DNA of 64,000 nucleotides from Nitrospinaceae bacterium (GTDB taxonomy: Bacteria > Nitrospinota > Nitrospinia > Nitrospinales > VA-1), in contig JBHHVU010000001.1 in assembly GCA_046754465.1 (NCBI GenBank), positions 1-64,000 on the forward strand. Direction: 5' to 3'. The notes under the pieces are model-generated. The model was not told the DNA's origin, ran no database searches, and saw nothing but the letters and a program-made list of their open reading frames with translations. This document shows positions 9,618 through 19,037 of this stretch, piece by piece (the stretch's first letter is position 1; the number at the start of each line of letters is the position of its first letter). A program made the translations under genes and the position numbers.

Positions 9618-10229
9618 TTACCGGTGCCGCTTGCGGCTGAGTTGTTCCCATTTTTTCGGCTCCGCCTTTTTCCGGGTTTTGCCGAGGACATAGTTGAAAA
9701 TTCTTTGAGCGTCTTCCTTCGCGGTGTGCGGTCCCTGCAACCGGGCAAGCATGTTTTTTTCCATTTCCAGAAAGGGACTTAGCTGGCGTCCCACTTTTTT
9801 CACGATTTGAAGATTGCTTAAATCGGAAGCTCTCTGGATGGGCGGATAACCCGAAGGCCCCCCCGCGGAAGCCGCCCTGTCTTTTTTTCCCGGGCGGGAA
9901 GGACGGGACGAGTCGGGGACCGGACCGGGCAACTTCCCGGGTGGGCGCCCGAGAAAACAGGCCAGGGCAAAGCCTTGTTCAGTCTGGCTCAAGGTTTCCA
10001 GCCGAACCCGAAGATCGTTCTCAATCCGGTCCGGCGGCACGTCGGAATCCACCCCGGTCAGCTCCCACAAGCCGGAATCGAAAGGCTTGAGGACCCCGAG
10101 GTCGGCGAAATGAAACAGATAGGAGCGCACGCATGCCGGATCCAGATCCGGTGCGGCGAACTTTTCCAGGAACCAGGAAACCCACTGGCCGAGAGGGAGG
10201 GGCCGGCTCAGATCCTCATCGGAAGACAT
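9618..10229 (-). CDS. Hypothetical protein
   Basis: GGAGG RBS before ATG 10229 just after the MOSC gene stop; no recognisable motif. Confidence 0.6.
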   Translation of the reverse strand: MSSDEDLSRPLPLGQWVSWFLEKFAAPDLDPACVRSYLFHFADLGVLKPFDSGLWELTGVDSDVPPDRIENDLRVRLETLSQTEQGFALACFLGRPPGKLPGPVPDSSRPSRPGKKDRAASAGGPSGYPPIQRASDLSNLQIVKKVGRQLSPFLEMEKNMLARLQGPHTAKEDAQRIFNYVLGKTRKKAEPKKWEQLSRKRHR

Positions 10230-10231
10230 GG

Positions 10232-10924
10232 TTATCCTGTCTCCTCCATAGGCGGCGCGGGACTCGGGGTGGTTTGCGCCGCGCCCAACCGTTTCAGAAA
10301 AGTAGCGCGCCAACTTTCGGAAAGGGCGTCGATGGCCAGGATATCCCGCATCCGGTCAAAATTTTTTTTATCCTGGTGCATGAGGACATTTGCGTCCGCG
10401 ACGGAAAATCGATGCGGATCCGGTTCCAGGATTTCGATTTCCACACCCGCCTCCACCCATCCCGGCTGGATGACCCGAAAATAATATCCGCTGAATCCGG
10501 TCGTTTGCACGCGGCAGGCCATCCCCTGATTGCCGAAAAGCTTATTCAACTTGTGGCAGGGCTGCCTGGGCTGAGTGCACTGCACCCGGGCTTCGCCGAC
10601 ACGGAAAATGTCGCCGATATGCACCTGGGTTTCCGGCAGACCGGTGACGCTGAGATTTTCCCCAAAAGCCCCCGGCTTGAGTTTCCGGTCCAGTTCCCCC
10701 TCCCAAAAGGAAAAATGATCGACACAATAAACGCAGACGGCTTTATCCTCCCCGCCATGATGCACCGGGTCGCCCACCCCGTCGCCCCGGAACCCGAGAG
10801 TATCGAGGAAAATTTTTCCCGGAACGGGTTTCTTTAAAATTCCGGTAAACAACTTCCGGCTGCCGTTCAAGTTTATTTTATCCGGCCGCGCTATATTGAG
10901 GGATACCAGTTTTGGCATGGGCAC
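10232..10924 (-). CDS. MOSC domain protein (YiiM-like, with 3-alpha domain)
   Basis: HHGGEDKAV, GAFGENL, TQPRQPCHKL, GYYFRVIQPG. Confidence 0.92.
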   Translation of the reverse strand: MPMPKLVSLNIARPDKINLNGSRKLFTGILKKPVPGKIFLDTLGFRGDGVGDPVHHGGEDKAVCVYCVDHFSFWEGELDRKLKPGAFGENLSVTGLPETQVHIGDIFRVGEARVQCTQPRQPCHKLNKLFGNQGMACRVQTTGFSGYYFRVIQPGWVEAGVEIEILEPDPHRFSVADANVLMHQDKKNFDRMRDILAIDALSESWRATFLKRLGAAQTTPSPAPPMEETG

Positions 10925-10953
10925 CGCCCTATCCTAAGAAATTAAAACCACAC

Positions 10954-12075
10954 TCATTTTTGCCGCAAAAGTTCCCGCACGGGAGTTCCCTTCACTCGAA
11001 GGACGCCATACGCGCCTCTTTCGATGCGCACGAGGGCGTGATCGACGAGCAGGTACTCGCCTGAATTTTCCAGTTTCAGTTCCACCGCCGCGGCGCCCCC
11101 GGCGGGGATCACCGTGGTTTGGACGGATGCATGGGAATGCTCCAGGGTTCCTTCCGGATATAGCTTATCAAAAATTTCACCAATGATGTGGAAATTGGAA
11201 ACCTTGGCCACCCCCCCATTACCCAGGTAAATGCGGATCGTTTCCCCTTGCCGGGCCTGCAGGGCCTTGTCTCCAAAGAGAGCGTGGACGCGGCCATTCC
11301 AAACGATATATTCCGGAGTTTCGGCCATCATTTTTTGGGGAGAAAATTTCTGGAACCCCTTTTGGCCCACCGGGCCCCCGGTATAAAATTCCCCCTGGAC
11401 CACATAGAACTCCCGGTCCACCGGGGGCAAGGGTTTCAGAGGATCGATCACAATCAATCCATACAATCCGTTGGTGATATGCGAAGGAATATTGGGACTG
11501 GCGCAATGGTAAATATAAACACCGGGACGGAGAGGTTGGAAGACGATGGTTTTTTCCCGTCCGGGGGCCACCTGCGTGAGCTTGCTCCCACCGCCGGGTC
11601 CGGTGACGGCGTGTAAATCGATGGAATGATCGTGGGTGCTGCTTGCGTGGTTGGACAGGGTCAGTTCCACCGTATCCCCGACGCGGGCGCGCAACATGGG
11701 ACCGGGAACGGTTGCATTATAAGTCCAATAAACGTACTCCACCCCATCGGCCAGGATGGAGAGGACCTCGCGGACATTGAGATGATAAATCACCTTCGCC
11801 GGCCGTGACCGGGTGATGGGCGAGGGCACATCCGCGGGGTTGCGGGCGATGTCCCGCACCCGCAACAGCTTTCCCGGCTCCACACGGTGAACGTGGGGCG
11901 GCCCTCCCGGCCCAACCGCGGGGACCTCGCCGGGGTGATGGCGGCTTTTTTCCGCGGCCATCGCCATGGCCGGGAAGAAATTTTTCCACCCCGGATCCAG
12001 AGCGTGGGCCGGACCCCAGGAACTTATCTGGGTCAGAAGCATCCCGCCAATTATGGGGATCAGTTTTTTTTGCAT
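10954..12075 (-). CDS. nirK: Copper-containing nitrite reductase (AniA/NirK type)
   Basis: signal peptide; HSIDLHAVTG, YHCA...SH..NG, SNFHIIGEIFD, LVDHAL Cu-site motifs. Confidence 0.93.
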   Translation of the reverse strand: MQKKLIPIIGGMLLTQISSWGPAHALDPGWKNFFPAMAMAAEKSRHHPGEVPAVGPGGPPHVHRVEPGKLLRVRDIARNPADVPSPITRSRPAKVIYHLNVREVLSILADGVEYVYWTYNATVPGPMLRARVGDTVELTLSNHASSTHDHSIDLHAVTGPGGGSKLTQVAPGREKTIVFQPLRPGVYIYHCASPNIPSHITNGLYGLIVIDPLKPLPPVDREFYVVQGEFYTGGPVGQKGFQKFSPQKMMAETPEYIVWNGRVHALFGDKALQARQGETIRIYLGNGGVAKVSNFHIIGEIFDKLYPEGTLEHSHASVQTTVIPAGGAAAVELKLENSGEYLLVDHALVRIERGAYGVLRVKGTPVRELLRQK

Positions 12076-12128
12076 GAATTCCCTTTTTTTCTTTAGAGAA
12101 AAGACCGGTGGGAGTCACTGGGAAAAAT

Positions 12129-14081
12129 TCAAGGAATCGTTTCGACCCTCTGGGTCTTGAAGAATTGATAACAGTTTTTCCCCTGATTCTTGGCAAGGTA
12201 CAGGGCTTCGTCGGCATGTTTCATGAGGATATTGCTGGTTTCCCCGTCCCGGGGGTAAAGCGCGACCCCAATGCTGAGGGTGATTTTGAGTTCGTGTTCA
12301 TGAAGGTGAAACGGGGAACGAACCACATCCAAAAGTTTTTGGGCCAGGTTCCCCGCATCGGTGGGCGAGTTGATTTCGGGCAGGAGAAGAATAAATTCAT
12401 CCCCTCCCAGCCGGGCCACGGTATCCTGGTTGCGGAGACATTTCTTGAGTCTGCCCGCCACCCCTTTCAGCAATTGGTCTCCCACGGCATGTCCAAGAGT
12501 ATCGTTGATTTCCTTGAAATGATCGAAATCGAGGAACAGGACGGCGAGCATATTCTGACTGCGCTGAGCCTGGGCCAGGGCCATTTCCAGCCGGTCGCTG
12601 AGAAGCACACGGTTGGGGAGACCGGTGAGGGCATCGTGATAGGCCATGTTGCGGATCATTCCCTCGGTGCGTTTCCGTTCCAATTCCGCTCCAGCGCGGG
12701 CGGCGAAAACTTTCAGGATGGATAAAGTCCGCTGTTTGTTCTTCATCGGCTTGTCATCCATGACGGAAAGGTGGCCGATGATCTTGCAATGGGAATCGAA
12801 ACAGGGGACCGCCGCATAGCTTCTGGCGTGGAGCCCGGCCAGGCAGGTATCCCCCACAAACTGCTCCTGAACGCCGTCGGAGTGAAAGGCCATCATCCCC
12901 GCCATGACTTCCTCGTAAGGGGTATTTTTCACTTCAAGAATCTGGTTGCTCAAAAATTCCCCCCCTTCCCATCCCGCCAGGATGGAACATTCATTGGAGT
13001 CATACTCCATGAGTTCGGAAACATAGGCATTACGGACGGGGAGCGCCAGGGCCAGGTGGCGAACCAGGGAACGGAAAAAGTCATCCCCCACCCGTGAGGA
13101 GGTGCCCTTCACGATGGAATGAAACGCCTCTTCTTCTGTATGCCGTTTGATTTCACTTCCGATACTGGCCGCCACGGCCTTCAGCATCGATTCTTCATTT
13201 CCGAGCCACCTTCTCTCGGACCGGGAATCGCCGAAGGCGATGAATCCCCAGTAAGCGCCATCCATGATAATAGGAACCAGGGTGAGGGCATAAAGATTTT
13301 GATCCGAGAACACGCTACGGATTTCCGGAGGAAAATCCTGGATCCGCAAGGTTACGGAGTGGCCTGCCAGGAATTCTTCATACGCCGCTTGCAGGCCCAT
13401 TTCCTCATAGGATTGTTCCGGGAACAGCCCGTTGGGAAACGGTGTGGAGAAGGACTGCTTTTTCCAGGCAAAACATTCCACGAACCCCGGGGGTTCATTG
13501 GCACGGTCAACATTTTGATAGAGGAAGGCGCAATCACCATCCATGGCCTTTCCCAGAATGGAAAGAGCCTCCTCGATGGCGGCTGCATGGTCCCGACGCG
13601 TTAACAGACAATGAGTGGCGTCGGAAACGGCCTGGAGCAGCCTGTCTTGGGAATGCAGCGTCTTTTCCGCCATTTTACGCTGACCTTCCTCCCGATGCAG
13701 TTTGATGGCATTGCAAATGGACTGGGAAAGAACTTCCGCGAGCAGGCTGCCTTTTCCCAAGTAATCGGTCGCGCCCGCCTTCATGGCTTTGACGGCGATT
13801 TCCTGATCGCCGCGTCCCGTAAGAAAAATGATGGGCAGGGAATATCCCTTTTCCCGAATCCGGCGCAGCAACTCAATGCCATTGATTTCACCCAGCCGGA
13901 AATCGAAAAGGCATACGTCGTATGCGACTTTTTCAATCAGGGAGAAAGCTTCTCCGCCGGTGGCGGCCCAGTCAATTCTGGGCACGCAATCGGGGAACCC
14001 CTCACGGATCAATTCCCGGATGAGAAAGACGTCATCCTCATCATCATCGGCTATCAATATCTTTAAATCGCGATTTTTCAT
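12129..14081 (-). CDS. Diguanylate cyclase with receiver and two GAF-like domains
   Basis: N-term REC (ILIADDDEDD...DFRL), HDALTGLPNR, RxxD I-site RNQD, intact GGDEF. Confidence 0.92.
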   Translation of the reverse strand: MKNRDLKILIADDDEDDVFLIRELIREGFPDCVPRIDWAATGGEAFSLIEKVAYDVCLFDFRLGEINGIELLRRIREKGYSLPIIFLTGRGDQEIAVKAMKAGATDYLGKGSLLAEVLSQSICNAIKLHREEGQRKMAEKTLHSQDRLLQAVSDATHCLLTRRDHAAAIEEALSILGKAMDGDCAFLYQNVDRANEPPGFVECFAWKKQSFSTPFPNGLFPEQSYEEMGLQAAYEEFLAGHSVTLRIQDFPPEIRSVFSDQNLYALTLVPIIMDGAYWGFIAFGDSRSERRWLGNEESMLKAVAASIGSEIKRHTEEEAFHSIVKGTSSRVGDDFFRSLVRHLALALPVRNAYVSELMEYDSNECSILAGWEGGEFLSNQILEVKNTPYEEVMAGMMAFHSDGVQEQFVGDTCLAGLHARSYAAVPCFDSHCKIIGHLSVMDDKPMKNKQRTLSILKVFAARAGAELERKRTEGMIRNMAYHDALTGLPNRVLLSDRLEMALAQAQRSQNMLAVLFLDFDHFKEINDTLGHAVGDQLLKGVAGRLKKCLRNQDTVARLGGDEFILLLPEINSPTDAGNLAQKLLDVVRSPFHLHEHELKITLSIGVALYPRDGETSNILMKHADEALYLAKNQGKNCYQFFKTQRVETIP

Positions 14082-14253
14082 ATCAGGGGATAGGAACTTT
14101 CACGGTTGGCCACAAGGGAACACAGGCTCTATTTCATATTAATTTTTATTTTTTATAAATTCAAGGAAATCAAATAATTCCCTGAATCCGAGCCCGCCAT
14201 GAAAGAGATGCCATCCCGGGGAAACGGTGGAATAAAGGGAAAAAAAACAAGGA

Positions 14254-15231
14254 TTACTGCATCCATAAATACATGAAATTCGGAGAAGTGGTTATGGGGT
14301 CCAGTCCCAAATTAATATTGACCAGGTTAATGGTGGGAGCTCCTGAAAGGGAGGAATAAATATTCGATTTGTATTCACCGGGCCGATGATAAGTAATTAC
14401 TTTGGGGTCGGAAATCTTCAGTTCCTGTTCGATCAATTTCAGGGTATCCTCCATGTAGCCGATTTTATCAATCAATTGGGAATCCAGGGCCTGCCGGGCG
14501 TTGTAAACCCGGCCATCGGCGAGGTTCGCGATCTGGTCCATATCCAGACCGGGGCGATTTTCGGCAATGACATGAAGGAACCGTTGATGATAGCTGTCAA
14601 TGGTGTCCTGAAACAGCCTGCGTTCTTCCTTTGTCAGCGGCCTGAAAGGGGACAGGAAATCTTTTTTATCTCCGGATTTGACCACTTCCCATCCGACGCC
14701 AACTTTATGAAACAGCTCCTGCATATTTAGTTTGAGGGCGATGACGCCGATGCTTCCCGTCAGAGTGGTGGGGTGCGCCATGATTTTATCCCCGGCCATG
14801 GCGATATAATATCCGCCGGAAGCGGCGAGGTCGAGCATGGAAACATAGACCCGGACCTTCTTTTTTTCCTTAAAGGATTTGATTTCATGATAGATGATAT
14901 CGCTGGAGGTGACGGTGCCGCCGGGGCTGTTGATTCGTACCAGCAACGCCTTGATTCGATCGTCCTCCTCCGCTTTTCGCAAGATTTCCCGCACCCGCTC
15001 AACCATGCCCAGCTTAATGAGGAATCCGGCCAGGGAGCGCTTCTCCACGTTACTGATCATGCCGTGGATATCGAGAAGTAAAACCTTTTCAGGTCCTTTT
15101 CCAAGAACAACTTTTTCTTTCAGAGGAGCAATGGAGGGTCCCAAATTAATGGTCGCGCACCCGGAGACGGCGGCGAGGCACACTCCCAGGAAAACGATGT
15201 TGGCCAGGCATTTTCCGCCGCGATCAAGCAT
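14254..15231 (-). CDS. sppA: Signal peptide peptidase SppA (S49), lipoprotein
   Basis: lipobox VSGC; INSPGG, AASGGYY, TGSIGV. Confidence 0.93.
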   Translation of the reverse strand: MLDRGGKCLANIVFLGVCLAAVSGCATINLGPSIAPLKEKVVLGKGPEKVLLLDIHGMISNVEKRSLAGFLIKLGMVERVREILRKAEEDDRIKALLVRINSPGGTVTSSDIIYHEIKSFKEKKKVRVYVSMLDLAASGGYYIAMAGDKIMAHPTTLTGSIGVIALKLNMQELFHKVGVGWEVVKSGDKKDFLSPFRPLTKEERRLFQDTIDSYHQRFLHVIAENRPGLDMDQIANLADGRVYNARQALDSQLIDKIGYMEDTLKLIEQELKISDPKVITYHRPGEYKSNIYSSLSGAPTINLVNINLGLDPITTSPNFMYLWMQ

Positions 15232-16162
15232 TTTCCTTCCCCATCCTTTCAGTCCCCACTTCCAACAGTTCGTAAAAGGGTTTCAGCCTGGAAAAGACCT
15301 CTTCCGAATCCGGTTTGTCTTTAAGGCACGCGGCGATACGATCCCAGTTTTTTTGGATGATCACAAAATTCCGCCGGTCTTTGGGTATTTGAACCTGTTC
15401 GGCCAAGGCCTGGGTGGAGAAAATAATTTCCTTGAGATCCAAGGTATTCCTGGCGACCACCATTTTCCAAGCTTTCCTTTCCTTAACCTTATGGGCCGGG
15501 GGAATTTCCCCTGCCACCTTTTCCCCGATTTTGATGCACTGGATAAAAGCCTCGTGCACCCCTTCCAAAACCGCCACCGGAACCCGTTCCTTCAATTTAT
15601 CGAAAATCAGGTGAATATCCTGTAAAACCTTAACCAGGTTCAATTGAATAAGAGTTTCTTCACCGATCCCATATTTATCCCGCAATTCAGCGGGAGACAT
15701 TTTCCTTTCGGTGGCCAATTCCAACCGCAGAGCTTCCGCCATTTTTTCGACCTGTTGTTCTATATCTTCCTTGGTCTTCAACCGGGTCTGCTCAATTTTT
15801 CGATCGAACGCTTCATCCTGTCCCAGGTACGTGTGCAGGTCCCGCAATTTTACGATCATTTGTTGAATGATGGTTTCCGCCTCGGTCTGGAGATTGGCCA
15901 GCACCTGTTTCTTCCTCTTTTCCTCCATCGGGACCTGAAACTTGATACGAACCCCTTTTTCGATTTTCAGGAGTTGCTTGGGAATGAAGCGGAGCAACCT
16001 TTCCCCGGTAGCGTACAAGGCGTCCAACCGCTCCATGGAATATTTTTTGTTGTTTTTGGTGTAGCGAATGTTGATTTTCCCAACGCGGACAGAATTTTCC
16101 TGAATGAGGGAAACCAGTTTTTCCCGGACCATCGTGTCAATTTTCAAATCCAGATTTTCCAT
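15224..16162 (-). CDS. Hypothetical helical protein
   Basis: 312 aa ORF overlapping the sppA start; no motif recognised. Confidence 0.75.
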   Translation of the reverse strand: MENLDLKIDTMVREKLVSLIQENSVRVGKINIRYTKNNKKYSMERLDALYATGERLLRFIPKQLLKIEKGVRIKFQVPMEEKRKKQVLANLQTEAETIIQQMIVKLRDLHTYLGQDEAFDRKIEQTRLKTKEDIEQQVEKMAEALRLELATERKMSPAELRDKYGIGEETLIQLNLVKVLQDIHLIFDKLKERVPVAVLEGVHEAFIQCIKIGEKVAGEIPPAHKVKERKAWKMVVARNTLDLKEIIFSTQALAEQVQIPKDRRNFVIIQKNWDRIAACLKDKPDSEEVFSRLKPFYELLEVGTERMGKENA

Positions 16163-16195
16163 ACCTCTCCACTCAAAAATATAAGCAGATCGTGT

Positions 16196-16996
16196 TTAAT
16201 TTCCGGGCGGCGGGTTCAAGGCGGATAGGGCGCACCGGCATCCGATCCCGTAAAAATCCTTCGCGTCGTCATAGCCATAACGGCTGGAGGATCGAAGGTA
16301 ACCCGGCAGGCTGTTCCAGGCGCCGCCCCGTATCGTGTGGTATTTTCCTTTCCGTGGACCCCTAGGGTTTTTGTACGGGCTTTGGCTGTAGTATTTTTTA
16401 TCATACCAATCGAGTACCCATTCGGCAACATTTCCCGCCATGTCGAAGATGCCTTCCGGAGTTTTTCCCTGGCTGATTTCTCCCACTTCCCGGAGAGCCA
16501 GCCCCCGCATGATAAAACAGCACCGGCCAAAATTGCTCCTTGAGGGGCCGGGAGGTTCATCTCCCCAGGGATAGGTCCTGTTTTCCGTGCCCCTGGCCGC
16601 CCTCTCCCATTCCGCCTCGGTGGGCAAGCGTTTTCCCCTCCAGGCGCAATAATTCCGGCAACGGTTCCAGGTGAGCCCAAAAACAGGACGTCGCGCCATA
16701 TCTGGCCGCACCTTGCGTCCGTACCAACCCGTAATCGTTGGTGGAACCTTGGGAACGGCGTCCAGGTAAGCCTCGAAATCCTTGCCGGTGACTTCATACC
16801 GGTCGAGGTAATAGGCGTCGAGGAAGACTTTATGCCGTGGATGCTCGTCGGCCCGCCCCACTCCCTCACCGCTGCCCATAAAAAATTCCCCGGCTGGAAT
16901 GAGGACCATTCCGGAAACGCCGCTGGAAACCGCGCTCCCGGAATAAAGCATCACCCAGCCCGCAGCGGCGGCCATAAGAAAAACCCACGGTTTCAA
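16196..16996 (-). CDS. Formylglycine-generating enzyme (SUMF1/FGE-sulfatase) domain protein, exported
   Basis: IPAGEFFMGS, RLPTEAEWERAARG, DMAGNVAEW, RGGAW. Confidence 0.9.
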   Translation of the reverse strand: MKPWVFLMAAAAGWVMLYSGSAVSSGVSGMVLIPAGEFFMGSGEGVGRADEHPRHKVFLDAYYLDRYEVTGKDFEAYLDAVPKVPPTITGWYGRKVRPDMARRPVFGLTWNRCRNYCAWRGKRLPTEAEWERAARGTENRTYPWGDEPPGPSRSNFGRCCFIMRGLALREVGEISQGKTPEGIFDMAGNVAEWVLDWYDKKYYSQSPYKNPRGPRKGKYHTIRGGAWNSLPGYLRSSSRYGYDDAKDFYGIGCRCALSALNPPPGN

Positions 16997-17155
16997 AAAG
17001 GAAAATCCTTATTAAAATATTGTACAGTTGGCCCAATGGCATTATTATAAACAGGGAAAGGAGTTGCGGACAGGAGAAAAATATTATTCCGTTGGTTTTA
17101 ATCCACTTCTTTGGCCCTTTCCAATCCCCTGGCGCCGGCTTGAAAATATCCTCTT

Positions 17156-17644
17156 GTGCGACTCATCAAACAAATTGAAAGCGTCCTCGGAACGATAGAG
17201 ACGGCGGGCATCTGGTTCTTCCTCACCTTGATGATCGTTTTTTCCTTTGGCCAGGCGATTCTGCGGAATTTTTTTCATTTTGGCATTCTCTGGGCGGACA
17301 TATTTCTCCGGCAACTGGTCCTTTGGGTAGGCTTTCTGGGGGCCGCGCTCGCCGTACGCGAAGGCAAACATATTTCCATCGATTTTCTGCCGCATTTTCT
17401 CCCCCAGTCCTGGGGAAGAATCACCCAGGTGATTGTCAATTTTTCAGCAGGTTTGATCAGCGCCTTTCTCGCCTGGGCCGCCTTCCGCTTTGTGGGGTTT
17501 GAAATGGAAGGCGGATCGGTCCTTTTCCTGGGTCTCCCGGGCTGGCTTTTCCAAACCATCCTCCCTTACAGTTTTTGTGTGATGACGTTGAGGTTCCTGT
17601 TAAAGGCCCTGGACGCCGTCACCTCTCCCGCCAAACCCGGTTAA
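17156..17644 (+). CDS. dctQ: TRAP transporter small permease
   Basis: 4 TM segments; LRQLVLWVGFLGAALA, HISID. Confidence 0.9.
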   Translation: MRLIKQIESVLGTIETAGIWFFLTLMIVFSFGQAILRNFFHFGILWADIFLRQLVLWVGFLGAALAVREGKHISIDFLPHFLPQSWGRITQVIVNFSAGLISAFLAWAAFRFVGFEMEGGSVLFLGLPGWLFQTILPYSFCVMTLRFLLKALDAVTSPAKPG

Positions 17645-18919
17645 ATGACCCTCCTGACCGTTTTCGCGATCTTTCTTCTGGCCATTCTCGGTATTCCTTT
17701 GTACGCCATCCTCGGGCTGGCCGCTCTCATCGCCTTTCACTATGCCGAAATTGACCCGGCCGCCATTTTTATTGAACTTTACCGAGTGACCAACAATCCC
17801 ACCCTCATCGCCATACCGTTGTTCACGTTCGCCGGATTTATCCTGGCCAACGGGAAAACCCCGGAACGGCTGACCCGGCTTTCCCAGGTATTCCTTGGCG
17901 GTTTTACCGGGGGGGTGCCGTTAGTGGTGCTGGCAGCCTGCGCCTTTTTTACCGCCTTTACCGGTGCATCGGGGGTGACCATCATTGCCCTGGGCGGGTT
18001 GCTTTACCCCCTTCTTCTCAAGGAAAAGTACTCCAAAAACTTCTCCTTGGGCCTGATGACCTCCTCTGGCAGCCTCGGACTTTTGTTTCCCCCTTCCATT
18101 CCGTTGATCCTGTATGGACTCGTGGCGCAGGTGAGCGTGGACAAGCTCTTTCTCGCCGGAATCGTTCCCGGTCTTTTGATGATCTTCATTGTGGGTATCT
18201 ATAGCATCGGGAAAGCCAAATCCTTCGGAATCCAGAAAAGACCCTTCCACTTAACCGATGCCAAAGCGGCCGTTCGAGACGCCATTTGGGAAATTCCCCT
18301 GCCGTTCATCATTCTTTTCGGAATTTATGGAGGCATTATCACCGTCAACGAAGCCGCGGCGGTGACCGTTGTTTATGTGATCGTTGTGGAATCCTTGATA
18401 TACAGAGATTTGCACCCTCTCCAGGACCTGCCACGGATCATGAAGGAAAGCATGGTGCTGGTCGGGTCCATTCTCGTAATCCTGGGAACGGCGATGGGAT
18501 TCACCAATTATCTGATCGACGAGCAGATCCCCATGCAAATTCTCGACTTCATGAAACAGTATATCGACAACCAATTGACGTTCCTGATCGTGCTCAACCT
18601 ATTTCTGCTGGCCGTCGGATGCACCATGGATATATTCTCCGCGATCATCGTGGTGGTCCCCCTCATCATTCCCATCGCCCAAAGTTTCGGCGTGGACATG
18701 GTGCACCTGGGAATCATATTTCTGACCAATCTGGAGATCGGTTATTCGACGCCACCGGTGGGAATTAACCTGTTCATCGCCAGTTCCCGGTTCAACCAGC
18801 CGGTGGTTACCCTGTACCGGGCCAGCCTTCCCTTCCTGGGACTGAGACTGATCGGCCTTTTATTAATCACCTACATTCCCGCTCTCAGCCTCTTCTTGAT
18901 CTGGATGCTTCAACAATAA
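17645..18919 (+). CDS. dctM: TRAP transporter large permease
   Basis: AIPLFTFAG, SGSLGLLFPPSIPLILY, TPPVGINLF. Confidence 0.95.
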   Translation: MTLLTVFAIFLLAILGIPLYAILGLAALIAFHYAEIDPAAIFIELYRVTNNPTLIAIPLFTFAGFILANGKTPERLTRLSQVFLGGFTGGVPLVVLAACAFFTAFTGASGVTIIALGGLLYPLLLKEKYSKNFSLGLMTSSGSLGLLFPPSIPLILYGLVAQVSVDKLFLAGIVPGLLMIFIVGIYSIGKAKSFGIQKRPFHLTDAKAAVRDAIWEIPLPFIILFGIYGGIITVNEAAAVTVVYVIVVESLIYRDLHPLQDLPRIMKESMVLVGSILVILGTAMGFTNYLIDEQIPMQILDFMKQYIDNQLTFLIVLNLFLLAVGCTMDIFSAIIVVVPLIIPIAQSFGVDMVHLGIIFLTNLEIGYSTPPVGINLFIASSRFNQPVVTLYRASLPFLGLRLIGLLLITYIPALSLFLIWMLQQ

Positions 18920-19037
18920 AAACCGGTTTTTCAAGAAAGAATCGTATTAAATTTGACAAAGGCTATCTGGCCCTCCAAAATATGGACCCTGGGTATATAG
19001 CCACCTGAAAAATTGAGCGAAATTATTAAACGACGCC

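Noticed and set aside
8028..9782. 584-aa plus-strand ORF
   Set aside because: Antisense shadow of lpdA in GC-rich DNA; similar shadows occur over ugd, mrp, parC and the PilB gene
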